Positions 39,282 through 49,479 of a stretch of 64,000 bases of DNA are shown here, in pieces. The stretch's first letter is position 1; each line of letters starts with the position of its first letter. The translations under genes and the position numbers were made by a program. Below the pieces are notes generated by a model. That model made no database searches, was not told where the DNA came from, and saw only the letters and a list, made by a program, of their open reading frames with translations. Source of the stretch: Octopus vulgaris (lineage: Eukaryota); contig OX597814.1 of assembly GCA_951406725.2 (NCBI GenBank), positions 20,274,001 through 20,338,000 on the forward strand. Reading direction: 5' to 3'.

Positions 39282-40730
39282 TAATATAATACATATATAT
39301 CTATATACATATATATATATATTTATTTATATATATATATATATATATACACACACATACACACACACATATATATATACATATATATCTATCTTATATA
39401 TTAAAAAGAAAGTTGTCTGTCTGTGTGTGTGTTGTGTGAACCACTTCTACTCCTACAATTTTCAACCGAATTTCACCAAATTTTACCTGTGTGCTCTCTT
39501 TGACTTAGGATGCTTTTACTTATAATTTTTTCCTCAAAATTCCGCACCCCCAACATAAATAGACTACTCTCAATTCGCTTAGGATTTGACTTGAGCCAGC
39601 ATAAAAATGTGACACACGCTCAGCTGCAAAAAAAATCAATACTTTACTTTATCAGCTGTGACAAGCTCTTATCGACTGTTTGCACAGTACTACCAGCAGT
39701 ATTCATTTGCTCTGTTTTCATGTGAGCGCTCTTTCTCATATAATTATTCCAATTTAAACTAGCTACTTTAAAGCTCTTACCCAAAATTAAAAATCCCTAA
39801 TTTGGTTTGTTTGATTAACATTTTTGCCAACTGCATTTTACTATTTTTGGGGTGCTACACATTCACAACTTTTTCTTTAGGACATTTTCTATTGTGTAAA
39901 CCGATAATTTTCCACTGTGCCTCGACACAAAAGATCCAATATAGGTCGACAAACAAATACTGCAAAGAAAAGTAAACGTATGCATGCAAATGAATCTGCC
40001 AAGGACGCTGCCAGAAGGAATTCTCTCAATGCACTTAGGATGGCTTCAGCGCGAAGAAGGGAAAGTGAAGAGCAATGTTGTGATTGCTTAGCACATATTG
40101 CTGTGCAATGAGCTGCCCAGAGCAACAAGCAACGCTCAGCATGCTGAACAAGAAATGCTTCTACTGATGAACGAGGTTTAGAGACTGCAGTACAATGCAC
40201 AGATCAATGATGATGTGTATATATATAGCAATGAAAGAAGCAAATGGAAAGCAAGACAAGCAACATAAAAAACGACCTTCGTCAGTTGTCAACTATTTTT
40301 CTACTTCACAATTTGAGTAATTCATGACAAGATATGTTTTCGACAAGACAGTTGCTCCTGCAAAACAAATTAAATAAAATTTGGGATTTTTGCAGAGGGT
40401 CAAAGTTGGTAACAAAAACAGGACAGTGTAAACAAACAGGAAGGGCTGTAAATCTAGAACGAGGTGAGTTGGTGAACGGGGAAGAAACAAGCTCTGGCAG
40501 GAGACAGACAAGAATGCAACTTATCCCTGCAGCTGATCAGAAAGAAAGAAAGAAATATGGCCGATGGTCATGTGCGAGCAATGAGAGAGCAAAGGCAGAA
40601 GAGTGAGGGAGAGAGAGGGGCAGATAGAGAATGGCAAAGAGGAGAGGAAAAGAATTAGAGAAAGGAAGAGAGAAGAAAAGAAAGGGGAGAGGGAAAGATA
40701 AACAGAAAGTGATAGAATAAGTGTCGCATT
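37960..40730 (+). repeat. Two diverged direct copies (~37960-38400 and ~40290-40730) of an unclassified ~450-bp repeat
   Basis: Shared AAGACAGTTGCTCC, GAGGGTCAAAGTT, AACAAAAACAGGACAGTG and GATGGTCA.GTG.GAGCAATGAGAGAG, followed by a GA-rich tract. Confidence 0.75.
39388..40260 (+). mobile_element. Helitron 5' portion with the start of a decayed Rep/helicase ORF
   Basis: TC..TATATATTAAAAAGAAAGTTGTCTG start resembles family A; PRHKRSNIGRQT...RANES...RRRESEEQ resembles the N-terminus of animal Helitron RepHel proteins. Confidence 0.6.
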
Positions 40731-41149
40731 GAAATTACTAAGATAAAACGTTTTTGGAGATGGATGCATAGCATTCAACCATATAATAGTATAAATGATA
40801 TATAAATATAATGTATTTTGAAATAATAGCATGAAATTTAATATCAAAAAAATTCCTCACAAAGGTATGTGTCTAAAATAGTATTGTATTAAAAATATAT
40901 GTAAATATATGAAATATGACAGTTTAAAAGTTTAGTAATTAATGTATCTTACGATTGTTTCACGAAAGTTTTGTCATTATAATGGAATCCATTGATAAAC
41001 AATACTTCTGCTCGTCAGAGATGGAGAAAGTAAAGTTTGTATAATATATCAAATGTTATTTTAAAAATCAGAAAAATATATGAAAAAGTATTTTTGAAAA
41101 ATAAAATTTACTGGTTTTGATTTAACTAGGTAGACTTTGGTATGAAAAT

Positions 41150-41826
41150 GTCATTTTTAAATTGAAGAGACTGAACGATATAGGGATCCAGTGCTTCTGT
41201 CTTACCTTGCAATTGCTTTGCTATTTTTATAAGGTTGACAGACGTTCAATTGTCAGGCCCAACTCATCCTTCTCTTCTTCTGGATCTGGTGCTTCCTCCA
41301 CATCTTCGCTGACAGACTTAGTTAACTCCAACAAATCTTCGCCTGTTAGGGTTTCAGATTAGGCATCAATGAGGTAGTTGATCTCATCTTGTGTGATGTT
41401 ATCAAGACCTTCGCCACCAAGTACCTTTGTCAGTTTTACTTCATTGTTGACAGCCTTATGCTGAATGTCTTCAGGTGAGAAGCCCTCATAGTCCTGGACA
41501 TACTCTGGCCACATCTTCTTCCAGCATGCGATGAGGGTTTCTTTTTTAATGTCTTTAAGAGCAGCGTGGATGACTGACAAGTACATTGCGATCGTGAACT
41601 TACGCCAGTACTCCTTTAACTTGAAATTTTTGTCTGAATCCATTGCATCCACAAGGTTTTGGAGAGAGTTCCACGTGTAAAGTGCCTAGAAGGCAAGGAT
41701 CATGTCTTGATTCATAGGCTGAATGAGATGGTGTTAGCAGGAAGGAACTCGACTTGGACTCCCTTATGATTCAAATCCAAAGAGTGACCACTAGCATTAT
41801 CTATAACAAGCAAGACCTTGAATTCC
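41150..41826 (-). mobile_element. Tigger/pogo (TIGD1-like) DDE transposase 3' fragment
   Basis: KVLLVIDNASGH..VEFLPANT, LKEYWRKFTI, ACWKKMWPE; frameshift and stop present. Confidence 0.85.
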
Positions 41827-41975
41827 ATGAGACGAAGAGGCCAAATGCTACAACAAGAACCAGTGTCTACCATGAAGAATTTCTTCGACACCAGATCTTT
41901 TACAAAGAATGCACGATTAGCAGAAAGAGAAAAGGAAGAAGGTGCCGTGCTCAACTTCTCCGGATTTAGTTTAAC
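41827..41975 (-). pseudogene. Start of Gypsy pol (aspartic protease), truncated
   Basis: FFVKD..SKKFFMVDTGSCCSIWP, in the -1 frame relative to gag. Confidence 0.8.
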
Positions 41976-42721
41976 GAAGATTTGAAATTGCACGGCTGGA
42001 TACACTTGTTTGCTTTATCGACAAATTTTAAGTGGTACCAGCACAAGCTGGAACATGGCCCAGAGGAACGAGAAACAGATCGACTCCAACTCCGACTACG
42101 CGAACGATGCCTATTTTCTCGGCATAGCTCATCCATGCGTCGTGTTAGCGTGTCTATCTTATCTGATAATGAGTTATGTGTCAGAGAAGAGGCTGAAACT
42201 GAGGTTGTTGGAGGGGTCTCGGTGCAAACACACAAGCCATGCGACGAAGGCTGGCCAGAAATATCCAAGATTTTATCGGCCATCGTGGCAATTTGGTCCA
42301 CAGTGTTGGACTCAAGGGCTGTGGCCAAAATTGTCTGAACGTTGGCAGGCAACCTGGAGAAGAATATCTTGTGAAGCAGAGGCGCGTCTGAGGAGTTCCC
42401 GCTTAACTCCCTTAAATGACGCAGGAATTGTGAGGGTGTTCTGTCTTTTAGCTGCTCATCCACCATGAGCTCATTGAATTTACATTCTTCCGACTGCATG
42501 TTGCATCGAAGAATTTCTGCTTTTACTGATGCATAGGTTGCGTCTGGGCTGGGATTCGTTATGAGATCCCTAGCAGATGTGGCGAGTTGAGAAGGCAAAC
42601 TACAGTAGAGGAGGTCTAACTGCTGAGTGGGAGAGACGGCATGAACGACAAAGTGGGCCTCAACTTGAGCAAACCAAAGGGTCGCATCTCCAGTGAATGA
42701 AGGCAAACTCGGTCTGGACAT
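41966..42721 (-). CDS. Ty3/Gypsy Gag-like protein (251 aa, open frame)
   Basis: LP.F...ATLWFAQVEAHF, L.DRTPSQFLRHLREL, FFSRLPANVQTIL, RSRSRS tract, CWYH..F...A.KC..PC. Confidence 0.8.
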   Translation of the reverse strand: MSRPSLPSFTGDATLWFAQVEAHFVVHAVSPTQQLDLLYCSLPSQLATSARDLITNPSPDATYASVKAEILRCNMQSEECKFNELMVDEQLKDRTPSQFLRHLRELSGNSSDAPLLHKIFFSRLPANVQTILATALESNTVDQIATMADKILDISGQPSSHGLCVCTETPPTTSVSASSLTHNSLSDKIDTLTRRMDELCRENRHRSRSRSWSRSVSRSSGPCSSLCWYHLKFVDKANKCIQPCNFKSSLN

Positions 42722-43187
42722 GTTTGTTCGAAACGCCTGTCACAGAGAAAAGGGAAACGAATAGAAGCAAAACGATGAGAAACAGAGAAAAGCAACTAGT
42801 GAACCAACAAAAAATATGTTTGTGGACTGGTGTGTGTGTGTACAAAAACAGAAAGGCAAAAAAAATTTTCTTTTTGTTTTTGTGAGAACATGTCCGGACA
42901 TAGCATCATTACATTATAATGATAATTAGAGAGAGAGAGGGTGGGGAGGGAGGGAGGGAAGCAGCAAGTAACCTAATTTCAATGAGGCTATATTGGCTCA
43001 CACACAACCTTAAAAATTATCCTGTTGAAATAAACAATGTGTATGATCAAATGTAGTGATAGTATAAAAAAGCACTGGTATAAAATTAACGTTCTGTCTC
43101 TCCTGTTGTATATATCTTTGATCTGCCATTGCTAGCCCAATTAATACTAGTGCAATACACTGTGTGTGTGTGTGTGTGTGTATGTAT

Positions 43188-43224
<37 letters not shown>

Positions 43225-43322
43225 CACACATACATATTCACTACAATGAGAGATTATTGTTGAGAGATAAATACAGTGAGAGAGAGAGAATGTGTGTGTG
43301 AAATATACATAGATATACAGAA

Positions 43323-43360
<38 letters not shown>

Positions 43361-43823
43361 CCAAGAAAGTTAGAGGTTGTGAATCCAACCCACTAAGGGA
43401 TATTATCTATTCAATATACTGCTGGTAGAATGCCAAATTATTAATACGCACGTGTTTTTTATTGCATTGCAATTACATTACTGAGTGTACTAAAGAGAAG
43501 TGAAGGTAAAGAGATATTTTACCATTAATTTATAGAGCAATAAGAAAATGGAGGGGATCAATAGGTAGTTCATCAATTTTTAGACATTATATTATGTTAA
43601 CTTATTTATTTATTTACTAAAATGACAATTACAAGAATATACATACATGTATAACATATTATGCTTTACATATAAAACATATTAATATATAAAGATACCA
43701 GTAATTATTAAAGTATAACATACAGGAATAATTTTTTCTCAATTTATATTCCTGTATGTTATATTTTAATAATTACTGGTATCTTTATATATTAATATGT
43801 TTTATATGTAAAGCATATGTTAT

Positions 43824-44091
43824 CTATCTATCTATCCACTCAGTCGAAGTCGATTCTCAGTTACTCGTTGGATCATTGTCCTCCAGTCAGTTCTATCCTG
43901 GGCCGCTTCTTTCAGATTAGCTATGTCCATTCCGGTATCACTCTTGATGGTGTCAAGCCAGTAGGTTCTTGGTCGGCCTCTTACTCTCTTGCCACTGACC
44001 ATTCCGAGCATGATGTCCTTCTCCAGGGATTTTCTTCGCATAATATGACCGAAATATGCCAATCTATGCTTGGTGATCCTAGCTTCTAGCG
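43824..44091 (-). mobile_element. RTE/BovB-like LINE 3' fragment with (TAGA)n tail
   Basis: RLAYFGHIMRRKSLEKDIMLG.VSGKR.RGRPRT.W.D. Confidence 0.85.
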
Positions 44092-44161
44092 ACATGTATG
44101 TATATTCTTGTAATTATCATTTTAGTAAATAAATAAATAAGTTGACATAATATAATATCTA

Positions 44162-44560
44162 GTGGTAAATAGCTTGCTAACCAACCATATGGTTCCGGGT
44201 TCAGTCCCACTGCATGGCATCTCGGGCAAGTGTCTTCTGCTATAGCCCCGGGCCGACCAATGCCTTGTGAGCGCATTTGGTAGACGGAAACTGAAAGAAG
44301 CCTGTCGTATATATGTATATATATATATATGTATGCGTGTATGTGTTTGTGTGTCTGTGTTTGTCCCACTAGCTTTGCTTGACGACCGATGCTGGTGTGT
44401 TTACGTCCCCGTCACTTAGCGGTTCGGCAAAAGAGACCGATAGAATAAGTACTGGGCTTACAAAGAATAAGTCCCGGGGTTGATTTACTCAACTAAAGGC
44501 AGTGCTCCAGCATGGCCGCAGTTAAATGACTGAAACAAGTAAAAGAGAAAGAGTAAAAGA
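44162..44560 (+). mobile_element. SINE family 1
   Basis: Matches the family; slightly 5'-truncated. Confidence 0.9.
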
Positions 44561-44616
44561 GAATCACCTATTGATCCCCTCCATTTTCTTATTGTTCTCT
44601 CTCTCTCTCTCTCTCT

Positions 44617-44665
<49 letters not shown>

Positions 44666-44667
44666 TA

Positions 44668-47600
44668 TAATAATAATAATAATAATAATAATGTTCGTCC
44701 TTCGGTTCGAAGATGACCAACTGACATCATCTGATGGAACTGCCGCCATGAGACCGGAGGTGGCTGGTGAGGCCAATCCGGGCAAGGAAGCCCCTCCCAC
44801 AGGTGGGGCAGAAGTGGGTAGGAGCCGTGCTACTGGTGCTGGCGGCTCTGGCTTTACGCATCTGACGTTTCTGCTCCGCTGACCGAATCCGTCCCTCCTC
44901 GGCTGTCCCTGCTCCCACGGTGATTGCGCTGCGCCAGGATGAGCGGTTGGCAGCAAGTGTCTCCCAGGTCTCTGTTCCGATGGAGAAGTCTTTGAGAGAG
45001 ACCTTGAGACTATCCTTGTAGCGCTTCTTCTGCCCTCCGACTTTGCGCCTGCCCTGGCCGAGTTCACCGTAGAAGAGCTGTTTTGGGATGCGAGTGTCGG
45101 ACATGCGGGAGACGTGGCCCGCCCATCTCAGCTGGGCCTTGCGCATGATTGTGATGGTGCTAGGGAGATCTGCCTGCTTCAGAACTTCCGTGTCTGGGAC
45201 TTTGTCCTGCCAGCGGATGTGAAGGAGGTTCCGAAGACACCTGAGATGGAAGTGGTTTATCTGGCGCTCGTGCCTTCGGTAAGCAGTCCACGTCTCGCAG
45301 CCGTATAGTAGGGTGGTAAGCACGACTGCCCGGTAGACTTTCAGCTTGGTGTTGAGGCTGATTCCTCTCCGCTCCCAGACTTTCTTTCGCAGTCTCCCAA
45401 ACGCGCTGCTTGCCTTGGAGATTCTGTTGATGGTTTCAGCATCTATGTTGGCATTGCAGGAGAGAGTGCTGCCCAGGTAGGTGAAGTTTTCCACCACTCG
45501 TAGGATCCGTCCGTTCACCCTTATCTGAGGCTCATGGTATTGTTTGCCGGGGGCTGGCTGAAACATCACTTCGGTTTTCTTGGCACTGATGGTGAGACCG
45601 AAGTTGTCACAGGCTGATGAGAACCTGTCCATCTCGAGCTGCATCTCCTGCTCATCGATTGCATTAAGGGCGCAGTCGTCAGCAAAGAGAAAGTCTCTGA
45701 CGACTGTCTCCCTCACCTTTGTGACAGCCTGCAATCTTCTGGAGTTGAAAAGTTTCCCGTCTGTCCTGTACTTGATGTCGATACCGGACTTGCAGTCCCT
45801 AAAGGCGTCGGACAGCATTGCCGAGAACATGATGCTGAACAGTGTTGGGGCCAGGACACAGCCCTGCCTGACTCCGTTGGTCACCTGGAAGGCTTCAGAT
45901 GAGTTGCCGTCTTCAAGGACTCTGGCTGTCATTCCGTCGTGGAACTGGCGGACAATTGCAATAAATTTGCTGGGGCAACCAAATTTTCCCATGACCTTCC
46001 ATAGTCCCTCCCGACTGACTGTATCAAAGGCCTTGGTGAGGTCAACAAAGGTCATGCAGAGGTCAAGGTGCTGCTCCATGCATTTCTCCTGGAGCTGGCG
46101 GGCGGCGAATATCATGTCAGTGGTCCCTCGACCCGCACGGAAGCCACACTGGCTCTCAGGGAGAAGGCCTTGCTCCAAGTGTTCCAGAAGGCGGTCAAGC
46201 AGGACCCGGGCCAGGATCTTGCCTGCTATGGACAAGAGGGAGATACCTCGGTGGTTGTCGCAGGACTGCCGATCTCCTTTCCGCTTATAAATGTGGACGA
46301 TTGTTGCGTCCCGGAAATCTTGAGGGAGTTGTTCCCTGTCCCACATCGACTGGAACAGGCTGGTGAGCTGACTGATCATGGTGGGGCCGCCCGACTTGAA
46401 CACCTCTGCAGGGATGGCGTCAGAGCCTGGAGCTTTGCCGGTGGACATTTTTTTGATGGCTCTGCTCACTTCCTCGACTGCAGGGGGAACAGCCAACTCG
46501 TGGTTTGTCGGCACCTGGGGGAGTCGTGCGATGGCTTCCTCGTTGATCTGGGCTGGTCGGTTGAGCACGATGTTGAAATGCTCCGCCCATCTCTCCAGGA
46601 TCAGCCTCTTGTTAGTCAGGAGTGAGGTTCCATCCGAGCTGAGCAGGGGGGTTGATCAAAGGAGAACTGCGGTCCATAGACAGCTTTCAGCGCCTCGTAG
46701 AATTTCTTGGTGTCGTGTTTGTCTGCGTATCCCTGAATCTCATCCGCCTTGGCGCTTAACCATGCGTCTTGCATGAGGCGGAGTTTAGCCTGGACTGTGC
46801 TGCGAATGTTGTTGAAAGCGGCCTTCTTTGCCGTGCAGGTGGTGTCATTTTGGTGAGCCCGCAGCAGACGGCGTTTCTCTTCCAGGAGCTTTTGGATTTC
46901 CTGGTCGTTTTCGTCGAACCAGTCCTGGTGGTTCCTCGTAACTTGGCCCAGAGTTTCAAGGGCGATGGAATGAACCGTGTCCCTGAATGATTCCCACTGC
47001 TCATCGATGCTGGACTGGTCACTCCGAATGTCCAACAGCTTGCTGTCCATACGTGACTGGAGATCTTGTGCAGTCAGCTGGTTCTTTAATTTCGTGATGT
47101 TAAGCTTCCTCGTCACTTTCTGACCCTGTGGTCTTCTCTTAGGTCGGATGTAGAAATCCATCCTGGAGATGATGAGGCGATGGTCCATCCAGCAGTCAGC
47201 TCCGCACATGGCTTTGACCAGTCTCACGTCCCGCCTGTCTTTCGCCCTGACGATGACGTAATCTATCAGATGCCAGTGTTTGGAGCGTGGATGCATCCAT
47301 GATGTCTTGTTGCGTGTTGGCAGACGGAACAAGGTGTTGGCGATGGTAAGATCATGAGAGGCACACGCACGCAGGAGGAGCTGTCCGTTGCTGTTGGACT
47401 TTCCCGATTCCTTGCTTTCCCAGTACGCGATGCCAGGCTTGGTGGTCAGTCCCGACACGGGCGTTAAAATCCCCAATGGAGGATGAGCTTCCCAGGCTGG
47501 GCTGACGTGATGAGGGAGTCGAGTTCCTCATAGAACCTGTCCTTAACTTCTTCAGGTTTGGTCATGGTGGGGGCGTAAGCACTGATGATGGTCGCACTAG

Positions 47601-48666
47601 TCTTGTTTCCAAGTGGGAGCTGCATCTTCATCAGCCGATCGTTGATACCCTCGGGGGGGCTTTCCAGTTTCCGCACGTGTACTGACTTGATGGCAAAACC
47701 AACACCAGCCTCACGACGCTCTTCGCTGCTGCGACCACTCCAAAAGAAAGTGTAGCCGCCGCCTGTCTCTGTCAGCTGGCCTTTGTCCGCAAGGCGGGTC
47801 TCGCTCAGTGCTGCAATATCGACATTGTATCGGCTCAGTTCTCTGGCCACCAGGGCAGTTCGTCTCTCTGGTCTGTCCGCTTTGGTGTTGTCAAGCAGAG
47901 TTCTCACGTTCCAAGTTGCGAAAGTGAGCACCTTTGTTTGTTTTCTTCTTTCTTTGTTTCGACCGCTTGGAAAGGATCCCCGCCAGCCGCGGTTTGCTGA
48001 CCAGGGTGAGGTGAGGCAGGCTATGTTTAGGGCAACCTTTTCTAGCCCCGTCCTCATGCTGGGGAGGCGAGCAGAGCGATCCTGAAGAGGGCTGCTCGGT
48101 CACTCAGGAGGCTGCCAGACTCCACTGCTGCCTCAGTTCAGTGAGGGGCGACCACATGTCCCGAGCCGCCTGTGTGTGGGTTCACGACTGCAGCTCCCAG
48201 TGTATCCTCACCTGCTACTTCGCCGTTTCCCCATCGCCACAGGACTTTGGGATGGTGTCATGACGTCATGATGTCGTGACATGCGCGTGACTTGGATTAT
48301 AGTGAGGGTGACTTGCGCAGGATCAGCCTCACTCTCTCGTCCTGGTGCGCCGGATCCAGTGGCAAGACAAAGTCAAGACGACTGGGGGTAGACCAAGATG
48401 CAGGAGCTACCGGAAGGTGGCACGCATGGCGCAATCCAACCGCCTTAGGGGCTCCACTCCGGATTTTGGATGGCCATTGACTCATGAGAGAGTTCCTCTG
48501 CCCTTTGACAGGTTTTGTTTTTAGTCCTGCTGGGTGTCCAAATCACCCTCCTCACCAAGAAATCTTGGTGGGGTTGCCAGTTTAGTCGCCAACGACCCGA
48601 CCATGTAACAGGTTGTACTGGGTTACATGTTACCAGTAGCTCCAAGCGGAGACCTGACATAGAGAC
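44668..48666 (-). mobile_element. Near-full-length RTE-clade LINE (~4 kb)
   Basis: ~600-nt 5' UTR, single APE-RT ORF, short 3' UTR and (ATT)n tail; clearly GC-richer than the flanks. Confidence 0.93.
44727..48057 (-). pseudogene. RTE APE endonuclease-reverse transcriptase ORF in three frame segments
   Basis: TWNVRTL, IAALSETR, ISAYAPT, HLIDYVIV, DHRLI (APE); FVDLTKAFDTV, GVRQGCVLAP, FADD (RT); terminal CPTCGRGFLARIGLTSHLRSH C2H2; frame breaks near 47470-47500 and 46620-46660. Confidence 0.92.
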
Positions 48667-48928
48667 GATTGTACATGGGCGATTTGTTCCGAAAAATCTA
48701 CACCTTTCAAAATCAACTCCATGACTAAGATAAACCACGTGACAGATATTGTACAGCCAGCAGCAATGCCAACCTCCAATTGGTGCCAATTTGTTGTAAA
48801 ATTTCCAGTTGTAAACCTCATTTCGAAACTTTCATAGTACATCCTCATTATTTTGATCACTTTGTCAGGAATGTGGAAGTGGTCCATGGCTGTTATTAGT
48901 AATTTGTGTGGCACTGAACCATACGCGT
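48667..48928 (-). mobile_element. Internal RT fragment of a HERO/RLE-type element abutting the RTE 5' end
   Basis: NAYGSVPHKL...HIPDK...YY...MRFTT..FTTNW..LEVGIAAGCTIS...FIL.ME.IL. Confidence 0.75.
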
Positions 48929-49039
48929 TATATATATGTATATATGTTATATATATGTATATATATATGTATATATATGTATATATATATGTATATATGT
49001 AAGCATAGGAGTGCTTGCTTATATGTATATATGTAAGCA

Positions 49040-49327
49040 TAGGAGTGGCTTGCTTACGAACGACATGGTTCTGGGTTCAGTCCCACTGCGTGGTACCTTG
49101 GGCAAGTGTCTTCTACTATACCGTTGGGCTGACTGAGTGGATATGTGTGTGTGTGTGTGCGAATATATATGCATACTATACCCTTGGCCTTCTGAGTGGA
49201 TTTGGTAGACGGAAATTGAAAGAGCCTGTCGTATATATGTGTGTATATATATATATATATGTTTATATTTATATATATATGTATATATATATTTATATGT
49301 ATATATATATTTATATATATGTATGTG

Positions 49328-49360
<33 letters not shown>

Positions 49361-49477
49361 TTGTACCTCCACCATCACTTGACAACCGATGTTGCTGTGT
49401 TTACGTCCCCGTAATTCAGCCGTTTGGCAAAACACTCCGATAGAATAAGTACTAGGCTTACAAAGAATAAATCCTGT
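49040..49477 (+). mobile_element. SINE family 1 (expanded microsatellite, truncated tail)
   Basis: Matches the family. Confidence 0.85.
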
Positions 49478-49479
49478 GG

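Larger units (their letters stand above)
43536..44597. repeat. AT-rich foldback palindrome (~195-bp arms) with two insertions in the right arm
   Basis: 43536-43730 is reverse-complemented by 43747-43823 + 44092-44161 + ~44561-44597. Confidence 0.88.

Noticed and set aside
45580-46776. Long plus-strand ORFs (236, 185 and 132 aa)
   Set aside because: Antisense shadows of the GC-rich RTE ORF with no recognisable motifs.
44690-48660. Bacterial contamination or horizontally acquired gene because of high GC
   Set aside because: Fully explained by a eukaryotic RTE LINE.
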